From: Tubulanus polymorphus
Taxonomy: Eukaryota > Animalia > Nemertea
Direction of reading: 5' to 3'
NCBI RefSeq assembly: GCF_964204645.1
Contig: NC_134031.1
Location: 9,362,001-9,426,000, forward strand
Length of the DNA: 64,000 nt
Program-made: the position numbers and the translations under genes
Part shown: piece by piece, positions 10,201 to 19,844 of the stretch
Position numbering within the stretch: the stretch's first letter is position 1
Layout: the number at the start of each line of letters is the position of its first letter
Notes under the pieces: model-generated
Databases searched by the model: none
Told to the model about the DNA's origin: nothing
Seen by the model: the letters and a program-made list of their open reading frames with translations, nothing else

Positions 10201-11214
10201 TTATAATTATTTTCAAATGGTTTATAATGAGTTAATCTAAAACTATGTGTAATATCTTCTGTTGGATGTAAACAACTTATTATAGCCCATAGAAAACATT
10301 TATCATCTTCATTTTGTATATTTATTACACCATTAGTTTTAAATGGTAGTTTAATATAACTTGTTCCATTTATACTATCATCTTTATAATATGATGAATT
10401 ATTTTCATCAATTGGTTTTGATTTAGTTAACTTATTATATTTTGTGTTATAAACATGTAAAGTCATAAATATTATCTCATCAAATATTAAACCAGATCCT
10501 TCAAAATATTTCTCTTCTATTTTAGTTTTTATTTCATTATAACATTTATTTAATTTATCATCTATATGTTGTTTAGATATAATATGTTGTGAATGAGAAT
10601 TTATATTATATATTGGTTTATCTTCAGATTTTATAAACTTTACTTTAACTGATATACTAATTTTTGGATATTCTACGTTTGTAATTATTTTTATTATTTC
10701 TTTCATATTTTCTAAATGTTTTTTATTTTCTTCTAATGTTTTACCTTTATGAAATTTAAACTCGATAGCTGCTGGACCAATATCACTTTTAAATGCTTCG
10801 GTTATCTCTATATCTTTTTTATTATCTAATGAATTAATATAATTTCTTACATCTTCCATGTATGGTCTTTTATTGTTTAATTTATTTTTTATTCTTTTAA
10901 TTGTCTTATGTTTCTTATCGTTATCATTATCAAAATAATCTTCACCTGAAATATCATTATTCTTATTTCTAATATGACTTAGATTTTAAATGTTCTTTAT
11001 AATATCTTTTATCACTGAATGATTGATTACATGTATCACATTTGTATGTTTCTTTTTCATCCTTTAATTCTTCTAATTTATTTTCTAATATATCATCTTT
11101 ATATTCTAGTTTCAATTTATTCTCTAAATGTGTTCTAGTTTTATTGTGTCTTGCTTTTTGGGATTTATCTATATCGATATTACATGTTGGGCAGTAGTAC
11201 TTATTTGCTTCCAT
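7215..11214 (-). CDS. polB: Protein-primed family B DNA polymerase; N-terminal zinc-finger segment (10969-11214) is joined by a 1-nt frameshift
   Basis: Exonuclease motifs YGDFES, FHNLSGYD and YLKSDV; polymerase motifs YIDANNLYG, KLMNNAFYGK and YFDTDS; EndoVII-like insert CYYC...RDHDH...AAHENCN; C2H2 finger CRKC...NHKQLC; OTU-like KCFLWA...NHYMWI. The frame upstream of the ATG at 10859 is open to ~10976. Confidence 0.95.
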
Positions 11215-11264
11215 TTTAATACTATATTTTTTATTAAAATTGATTTTAGAAGTTCAATGATTTA

Positions 11265-11710
11265 AATGTTATTCATATATATATGAATATTTTAAGAGTA
11301 ATAGGGGTTTAGTTGTTTCATATCAAAGGTTTAATGATCGAGTTCATTAATAACATATATTAAAAGTAATTAAAAAACTATAATATATTTTCATAACCGC
11401 GTGCATTTCAGTTGAATAATAGAATAATAGAATAATTACTATCATTTGAATATATTTGATTATTTGAATTTGTGTATTGTAATTAAATCAATTGGTCGCG
11501 GAGCGGAGCGGTAGCGAAGTGGAGCGACCAATTGATTTAATACAATATGCTTTTTATATTATTGATATCTTAGAATAAATATTTAGTTTTGATATAAAAT
11601 GCACGCGGTTATGAAAATATATTATAGTTTTTTAATTACTTTTAATATTTTGTTTTTTAATGGGCTCGACCTTTCGACCTTTGGTATGAAACAACTAAAC
11701 CCCTATTACT
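11265..11710. repeat. Polinton terminal inverted repeat containing a ~415-bp fold-back (arms 11297-11499 and 11524-11710)
   Basis: AGTAATAGGGG...CGCGTGCATTT is inverted at both ends, followed by an internal loop, a second stem (ATTAAATCAATTGGTCGC/GCGACCAATTGATTTAAT) and a GC/purine-rich apex. The same sequence occurs at the end of copy 2. Confidence 0.85.
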
Positions 11711-12175
11711 TACGCTTTTTGTTTGAACCAAAACTATTCTTCATTCTGAAAGCTATGTTATTGTTGAAATGAAAAACTCTTTGTCCCGGCAAAAAATTTG
11801 GTTGAGCGAAAACAAATTTTTCGAACGAATGTGTGAATGAAAACAATTCTGTTCGATTGAACAAAATACTTAATACTTTTGGTTCGGAGAAAAAACTTTT
11901 TACAATATACTTGTTCGAACGAAAAACTTAATGTTCTGACAAGAAAATTCTGTTCAAATTCAAACGATTCTGTTAGATCGGACGATTGTTCGAACGAAAA
12001 AACCATTTGTTTCAACAAAAAAGTTTGTTCAACTTTGTTCTAACGATTTTTTCAAATTGGTTCAATCGAACAGAATATTATTGGTTCGAACGAAATAAAT
12101 TTTTTTTCCGTAGAAAGTATTTACAAGCGAAAGGTCTTTTGAACGAGAAAAAAGATATTTCTTGGGCTCCGCAGT
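11711..12175. repeat. Degenerate repeat-containing DNA element (TTCGAACGAAA-like units), probably the Polinton integration target
   Basis: Repeated GTTCGAACGAAA/TTGTTC units, ending GGGCTCCGCA. ORFs here are low-complexity. Confidence 0.4.
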
Positions 12176-12181
12176 AACTCA

Positions 12182-12511
12182 AAGCCGGACGTAGGTTGGC
12201 CTTGTGACGTGATGCGATCCTTGCGTTGCATCGCAAGTTTCGGTGCAAATCGGTTGCGATACGATTGTCAGCGACTGTGTGCGACTAGTTTCTGCCAGTC
12301 GCAAGAGCACGTAGGTCGGTTGTGACAGTATCGTCGCGTTGCAGAAAGTAGAACACGTGCGACTCCTTGTCACTGGCGTTGCTGACAGTCACAACCTGTC
12401 GCAAGGGAGCGTAGGTCGATGAGATGTTGCGACACAATCGTCGCAGGCGGACGCAGTGAATGGCCTCGCAGTGAGTCACAAGCAATCGCAAGGCCGACCC
12501 ACCCCCGGCTT
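12182..12511. mobile_element. Short non-autonomous TIR element (MITE)
   Basis: Left AAGCCGGACGTAGGTTGGCCTTGTGA vs right TCGCAAGGCCGACCCACCCCCGGCTT. GC-rich, with internal CGTAGGTCG repeats. Confidence 0.45.
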
Positions 12512-12719
12512 AAGTCATAGGAATCAAAGAAATACCAGTTTCATTTATGATGAAAAGTCTGGCTTATAAAGCTGTCTGCTCAGACGAAATTTTCAAAAAA
12601 ATCTTCATTTTTGTCAATAAAATTGATAATTGTGATTGATCGTTACAAGTCAGAACCAGTAAATCACTAATTAACATGCACTTTGATAAATCTGATTCCT
12701 CCTTTACAGTGAACTTAGC

Positions 12720-13404
12720 TTTAACCTAGTAGACTAGCCTATGTAGGCCTATGTATATGCGTAGGCCTAACATCCGGACAGATTGGTCGTGGGCCTATTG
12801 AATAACAACCCTCCTAAATGTCGAAAATTTTGTTTTGAAGTTCAATCCAATGAGTCCGTTAATAAACGCAACAATTATACTGTGTTTGTTTGAGACAGTA
12901 AAGCTCAGCACCGGTAGGCCTAAATCCACGTAAAACTCGATAAACACTTCAAGCGACAAAGCAAACGATCTCCTTTCCCCCACAGCGAACGCTTACTCCG
13001 AATGTGACGAGTCCAGTATACGGAAAGGTGTGTGTTATATACTTGTATTTAGTAAATACCTTGTGCATTTGACAATGATCGGTATGTACTGTAGGAAATA
13101 TCGAGTATCGATGGTATTGATATAGAGGTTGAAGCCCGCGGCCGAATAAAGTAATATATTCTTTTATTTGGATACCTCGTCGACATAACAGCTTTTCTCC
13201 GCTATATCTCTTCGGCGTGTTTCGTTTAGGCCTACGACTCCCCGGTATACTTATGATTATCTTAGTAAATACACGGTTAATTTGGTATAGAAAAATAGGT
13301 ATTGTTAAACTAACTGCTTGAAGCCCGCAACCAAATCACTGGTAGTAATAAATTAATTTGTACTCGATTCGATTCTCATGATGAGGAGAAACTCGCAGCT
13401 GATC
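12720..13404 (+). repeat. ~690-bp direct repeat, copy A
   Basis: Highly similar to 15330-16021 (TTAACCTAGTAGA...CAGCTGATC). A partial third copy lies at ~15261-15330. Confidence 0.85.
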
Positions 13405-15165
13405 AAAACCAAAATGGTGAATTGTCGCGGGCGACAAAACCAAAATAATGAATTGTCGCGGGGCGATAAAACCGTAATAATGAATTGTCACGGGCGATAA
13501 AACCAAAATAATGAATTATCGCGGGCGACAAAACCAAAATAATGAATTATCGCGGGCGATAAAACCAAAATATTGAATTGTCGCGGGCGACAAATCAAAA
13601 AAAAAAATTGTCGCGGGCGACAAAACCAAAAAAAAATTGTCGTGGGCGACAAAACCAAAATAATGAATTGTCGCGGGCGATAAAACCAATATAATGAATT
13701 GTTCCGGGCGACAAAACCAAAATGGTGAATTGTCGCGGGCGACAAAACCAAAATAATGAATTGTCACGGGGCGATAAAACCGTAATAATGAATTGTCACG
13801 GGCGATAAAACCAAAATAATGAATTATCGCGGGCGACAAAACCAAAATAATGAATTATCGCGGGCGATAAAACCAAAATATTGAATTGTCGCGGGCGACA
13901 AATCAAAAAAAAAAATTGTCGCGGGCGACAAAACCAAAAAAAAATTGTCGTGGGCGACAAAAACAAAATATAAAACCAAAATAATGAATTGTCGCGGGCG
14001 GTAAAACCGTAATAATGAATTGTCGCGGGCGATAAAACCAAAATAATGAATTATCGCGGGCGACAAAACCAAAATGATGAATTATCGCGGGCGCCAAAAC
14101 CAAAAAAAAAATTGTCGCGGGCGACAAAAACAAAATATAAAACCAAAATAATGAATTGTCGCGGGCGACAAAACTAAAAAGAAGGATTGTCGCGGGCGAC
14201 AAAACCAAAATAATGAATTGTCGCTGGCGATAAAACCAAAATAATGAATTGTCGCAGGCGATAAAACCGGGACAAAAAAAAATTGTCGAGGGCGATAAAA
14301 CCAAAATTATGAATTGTTGCGTGCGACAAAACCACAACAATGAATTGTCGCAGGCGATAAAACCAAAATAATGAATTGTCGTGGGCGACAAAACCAAAAT
14401 ATTGATTTGTCGCGGGTGACAAAACCAAATTAATGAATTGTCGCTGGCGATAAAACCAAAATAATCAATTGTTCCGGGCGATAAAACCAAAATAATCAAT
14501 TGTCGCTGGCGATAAAACCAAAATATTGAATTGTCGCGGGCGACAAAACCAAAATATTGATTTGTCGCGGGCGATAAAACCAAAACAATGAATTGTCGCG
14601 GGCGATAAAACCAAAAAATTGAATTGTCGCGGGCGATAAAACCAAAATCTTGAATTGTCCCGGGCGACAAAACCAAAATATTGAATTGTCGCGGGTGACA
14701 AAACCAAATTAATGAATTGTCGCGGACGATAAAACCAAAATATTTAATTGTCGCGGGCGATAAAACCAAAATCTTGAATTGTCCCGGGCGACAAAACCAA
14801 AATATTGAATTGTCGCGGGCGACAAAACCAAACTAATGAATTGTTGTGGGCGATAAAACCAAAATAATGAATTGTCGCGGGCGATAAAACCGCGACAAAA
14901 AAAAAATTGTCGCGGGCGATAAAACCAAAATAATGAATTGTCGCGTGCGACAAAACCAAAATAATGAATTGTCGCGGGCGATAAAACCAAAATAATGAAT
15001 TGTCGCGGGCGATAAAACCAAAATATTGAATTGTCGTGGGCGACAAAACCAAAATATTGATTTGTCGCGGGTGACAAAACCAAATTAATGAATTGTCGCG
15101 GGCGATAAAACCAAAATAATGAGTTGTCGCGGGCGATAAAACCGAAATAATGTTTTGTCGCGTTA
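13405..15165. repeat. ~31-bp satellite (AAAACCAAAATAATGAATTGTCGCGGGCGA[C/T]), roughly 55 units, with a ~308-bp higher-order duplication
   Basis: Contiguous tandem units with no unique spacers. Each unit contains the palindrome TTGTCGC-GG-GCGACAA. The block starting at 13405 recurs at ~13713. Confidence 0.95.
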
Positions 15166-15329
15166 TTTTAGTTTTGTGGTTTTGTCATAATGTCGCCCTC
15201 ATTTGCATATACGTGATTCTTTTACGCATGGCCCTTATCAGCCACCATACTAAAGCCTTAAGGTCGCGTAAAACTCGATAAACACTTCAAGCGACACAGC
15301 GAACGATCTCCTTTCCCCTACAGCGAACG

Positions 15330-16021
15330 CTTAACCTAGTAGAGGCTACTAGCCTATGTAGGCCTATGTATATGCGTAGGCCTAACATCCGGACAGATTG
15401 GTCGTAGGCCTATTGAATTTAACAACCCACCTAAATATCGTAAATTTTGTTTTGAAGTTCAATCCAATGAGTCCGTTAATAAACGCAACAATTGTACTGC
15501 GTTTGTTTGATACAGTAAAGCTCAGTACCGGTAGGCCTAAAGCCGCGTCAAACTCGATAAACACTTCAAGCGACACAGCAAACGATCCCTTTCCCCCACA
15601 GCGAACGCTTACTCCGAATGTCAAGTGAGTCCAGCATACGGATAGGAGTGTGTTATATACTTGTATTTAGTAAATAACTTGTGCATTTGACAATGATCGG
15701 TATGTACTGTAGGAAATATAGAGTATTGATGGTATTGATATAGAGGTTGAAGCCCGCGGCCGAATAAAGTAATATATTCTTTCATTTTGATACCTCGTCG
15801 ACATAACAGCTTTTCTCCGCTATATCTCTTCGGCGTGTTTAGTTTAGGCCTACGATTCCCCGGTACACTAAAGATTTATCTTAGTAAATACACGGTTAAT
15901 TCGGTGAAGAAAAATAGGTATTGTTATACTAACTCCTTGAAACCCGCAGCCAAATCACTGGTAGTAATAAATTAATGTACTCGATTTGATTCTCATGATG
16001 AGGAGAAACTCACAGCTGATC
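15330..16021 (+). repeat. ~690-bp direct repeat, copy B
   Basis: Similar to 12720-13404. Confidence 0.85.
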
Positions 16022-16483
16022 CCCGGAACGACGATGTAGTAACACACGTCGATTCGTCGATGTTTACGGCTCGACAGTGCTTTTAAAATCTAAAGTAGTA
16101 AATTTCCAGTGTATCGGTAATATGATTTGATGAGGAAAATGGGCTATTGTTAAAATCACTGTTTGAAGACCGCGACTGAATTTGAAGTCTGCGGCAATAA
16201 ATTAGTTCATTTATACTTGAATTGATAATCGAAGTGACAGTCGGCCTGCGGGTTGATTTCGGGATGACGACTCGAAAAACATGTCGCCCCATTGAATGGG
16301 GCTAAATTTTCGATGTTTACGGCCCGACAGCGCTTTTGTAACGATGATTCGTGAAAAAACACGCGGGCTATTTGTAGATCTCAGTGAGCTGAACGATATT
16401 ATATGGATTGTATATGAAACAGTTGTAAGGTAACAAAGCCTATGTTCTTTTGGTAAAAATAGTGTGGAAGAAAATAATAATAA

Positions 16484-16914
16484 TAATAATCACGCGGATA
16501 TCAATAGGGTTTTCTGTGAAATAACAGAAAACCCTAATAATCACGCGGATATCAATAGGGTTTTCTGTGAAATAACAGAAAACCCTAATAATCACGCGGA
16601 TATCAATAGGGTTTTCTGTGAAATAACAGAAAACCCTAATAATAATCACGCGGATATCAATAGGGTTTTCTGTGAAATAATAGAAAACCCTAATAATAAT
16701 CACGCGGATATCAATAGGGTTTTCTGTGAAATAACAGAAATCCCTAATAATAAGAAACACGCGAATCTCAATAGGGTTTTCTGTGATGTAACAGAAAACC
16801 CTAATAAGAAACACGCGAATCTCAATAGGGTTTTCTGTGATGTAACAGAAACCCTAATAATAAGAAACACGCGAATCTCAATAGGGTTTTCTGTGATGTA
16901 ACAGAAAACGCTAA
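16484..16914 (+). repeat. ~45-52-bp minisatellite of Helentron-type terminal hairpins (AATAGGGTTTTCTG...CAGAAAACCCTAAT)
   Basis: About 9 units, each with an 11-bp inverted repeat. Related units occur at 53517-53625 and 54870-54972. Confidence 0.8.
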
Positions 16915-17103
16915 TTATTATTGAAACTAGAAGGTATCACAATTCTTTCAATTCTAACAGCTGTAACTATGTTATTTACAACAATTGGTCTAGCTATTTC
17001 AAATTCATTAAAATCTACGCCTACACCCAATAAACCGGATAAACCTCCTAGTATCATTTTATAATACTTATAATATTTTTCTTATTAAATTTCTCTAATA
17101 TAA

Positions 17104-17706
17104 ATGTAAAAGAAATCGAGTAAGAATAGTATTGATATTGAAAAAACATTAGATGATTTGGGTATAAGTGATAATAAGGATCCAGTTGTTTCTAATTCTA
17201 TTCAAGTTAATAACAATATTGATTATGAATACTATTTATATTTTAAGCACCATCTAGAATTATTAATTGCTGGCGGAAAATCTAAAGAGTTTTTAACTAA
17301 GATAATTACTTTTCAAGCATTAGATGCTATGAAACCAGATAAAGTAATAAAATATTTTTAGATTTATGAAGAAGCTAGATTAGCTAGAATAAATGATTCT
17401 ATTTCAGATAGTATTATAAAATGTTATTCAAAATTATGTAACCGGTTAATACCAATTGATGATGAAAATAAATTATATAGTGATTTGAAAAATGACTATT
17501 TAGTTATGACTGAATTACAAAAATGGGTTGGATATGCTTCATTCCAATTAGGATCGGTTATGACATTAATTTCTACTGGTGTCATAACATTTTCGAACAT
17601 CAAACCTATGGAATATAAATCAGGTAAGAACGAAACAGATGTACTACAACCAAACGGCGAAACAGAAAATGAATCAGAACAAAAACTAACTAAAATAAAT
17701 GAGTGA
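17104..17706 (+). pseudogene. Conserved Polinton protein with two premature stops
   Basis: One frame from the ATG at 17104 (TAAATG, followed by TAA) through LELLIAGGKSKEFL...KYF*IYEEARL...IPIDDENKLYSDLKNDYL. Joins ORFs 17158 and 17485. Confidence 0.7.
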
Positions 17707-18066
17707 TGATGTTAAGAAAAAGGCTAGATCAGAGAAACAAATTAAATGGGCAAGAGAATTAAGTAAAAAATCTGCAGGATTAAAAAAAAGCTAAGAAAAA
17801 GAAATTAACTGATATAAATTAATCACAGAAATTATCTGATATTGATTCAAATAATAATCCATCTGATTCTTCTAATTGTGGAAGAAATAATTACTTATAT
17901 ATTACAAATTGGATTAGTAACAGTTATTATATTCTCTGGTGTAATATATAAATATAAGTGTAAATCTGATGATAATGATTCCGATGATAATAAACCTATT
18001 ATACCAGAAAATAAGTCAAATCATAAAACCATTGAAACTAAATCTAAATTATTATTAATGGATTAA
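17699..18066 (+). pseudogene. Small basic N-terminus plus TM Polinton protein, frameshifted
   Basis: TAAATG start, MSDDVKKKARSEKQIKWARELSKK..., followed by a hydrophobic segment in another frame. Confidence 0.5.
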
Positions 18067-18072
18067 AATAAG

Positions 18073-18894
18073 ATGAAAAAAGAACAATATTTAAGAGATT
18101 TATATTACAACCCAGAAAGTGAAGTATCATATTCTAACGTTTCAGAATTATGGAATAAAATTAAATCTGATAATGAAAATATAAAATATAGTGAATTAAA
18201 ATCATGGTTACAAAATCAACCAACATATCAAATCCACAAGAAAATGATAAAACTTATTTAACAAGAAAAGTTATGGGTTCATATACCGATCAACAATGGC
18301 AAGCAGATTTAATTGACATGAAGAACTTAGAAGAATACAACAAAGGATATTTCTGGATACTGAATGTTATAGACATATTCTGTCGATACGCATGGTCAAT
18401 TCCAATCAAAAATAAAACTGGTATAGAAGTGACAAATGCTTTTAAATCAATATTTAAAGAAGCTATTCCAGATAAGATACAATTTGATGAAGGTAAGGAA
18501 TTTTATAACAAACATTTCAAAAAACTATTATCTGATAACGATGTAGAGTATTTTTCAACACACTCAGATAAAAAAGCATCTATTATAGAAAGATTTAATA
18601 AAACATCGAAAACTAGAATGTGGAAATATTTTACTGCTAATGAAACATATGAATATATCGATGCGTTAGATGATTTGGTGAAAGGTTATAATAATTCTAA
18701 ACATAGAAATATTAGGTTATTTCTATGAACAAGAATTATCACTTGTACCAAACCCAGATGAAATAGGATACAAAATAGAAAAAGTATTAAAAACAAAAAC
18801 TCTTAAAGGAAAAAAGTATTCTTTGGTAAAATATATAAAGGATATGATGATAAATTTAATGAATGGATTTTATCTAGTAAAATTAAAAGAATAA
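18073..18894 (+). pseudogene. Polinton retroviral-like (RVE) integrase with a C-terminal chromodomain; frameshifts and an internal deletion
   Basis: LYYNP...WLQNQPTYQIHK; DDE triad in WQADL / QFDEGKEF / IIERFN; YNNSKH. Continues directly to FYEQEL...YKIEKVLK...KGYDDKFNEWI. Confidence 0.9.
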
Positions 18895-19505
18895 ATGAAT
18901 AAAGATTTATTTATATTTGAACCGCATAATATGTTAGTTACTGGAGTAACCAATTGTGGTAAAACACATTTCATATTAAACTTGTTAGAAACTATTTTTA
19001 AGAATCATTTTGATAATATAATATTATTCTGTCCTACTTATGAAATGAATAAAACATATAATAGAGATATAGTTAAGATAAAAAAGTTTATTATATTAGA
19101 TCCTAAAACAGTAAAAGAAAATTTAGATAATTGTATTAAAATAGCAATTGATACTTATAAAGGATCAAATACATTATTCATTATAGATGATTGCGCTAAT
19201 TTACATGATTCAAAAGTGAGAGAAAGTGAGTTATGTTATTTAGCTTTCTCTGGGAGACATTTGGGATAACAACATGGGTTTTGAATCAAAAATATAATTC
19301 AATTGTTAAAGACTTTAGGGAGAATATAAGATTTCTAGTTTTATTTTATAACAAAGATAAAAAATCTATGCAACAATCATTGGAAGAAAATCAAATTATA
19401 CCTACTGAGTTACATGATGAATATATGAATGAATTAAAGAATAATAAAGGTTCAAAATTATTACTGAGACTACAATTTCCATATGAATATAAATTTATAA
19501 AATAA
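18895..19505 (+). pseudogene. A32/FtsK-like DNA packaging ATPase with a frameshift at ~19261
   Basis: Walker A GVTNCGKT, Walker B FIIDDC, Arg-finger SGRH, then GITTWVLNQKY...FRENI in the next frame. Confidence 0.9.
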
Positions 19506-19844
19506 CTATTTATATATCTATCTATCTATTCTATAAGAGCTCGTTAATTACTCGTTACTTTTTTACTAACACTTTTATATTGAATAATCTATCAATTTAT
19601 ATGTTATTCATATATATTCTATTCATGTATATAAATATTTTAAGAGTAATAGGGGTTTAGTTGTTCTAGGTTAAAGGTTGAATGGTCGAGCTCATTAAAA
19701 ACAATAATATTAAAAGTAATTTAAAACTATAATATATTTTCATAGCCGTGTGTATTTCAGTTAAATAATAGAATAATTATTATTATTAAAATATATTTGA
19801 TTATATGAAGTTGTGTATTGTAAATAAATAAATTGGTCGCGGAG

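Larger units (their letters stand above)
1..11710 (-). mobile_element. Endogenous Maverick/Polinton (adintovirus-like) copy 1; runs off the left edge of the window
   Basis: Very AT-rich, intronless, tightly packed co-oriented ORFs including pPolB, penton and major capsid protein. Ends in ...CCCTATTACT at 11710, matching Polinton-type 5'-AG...CT-3' termini. Confidence 0.93.

Noticed and set aside
11236-11248. Mimivirus early promoter AAAATTGA upstream of PolB
   Set aside because: It is on the non-coding strand, occurs once here and is expected by chance in AT-rich DNA.
13405-15165. CRISPR-like array, or the many ORFs called in it
   Set aside because: Units are contiguous with no unique spacers, there are no cas genes and the context is eukaryotic. 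The ORFs are translations of the satellite.
12720-16021. LTR retrotransposon/LARD
   Set aside because: The direct repeats lack TG...CA ends, PBS/PPT and a TSD.
16440-16914. Repeat-protein ORFs or a CRISPR-like palindromic array
   Set aside because: These are tandem Helentron-type terminal hairpins with only AAT-length variation between units.
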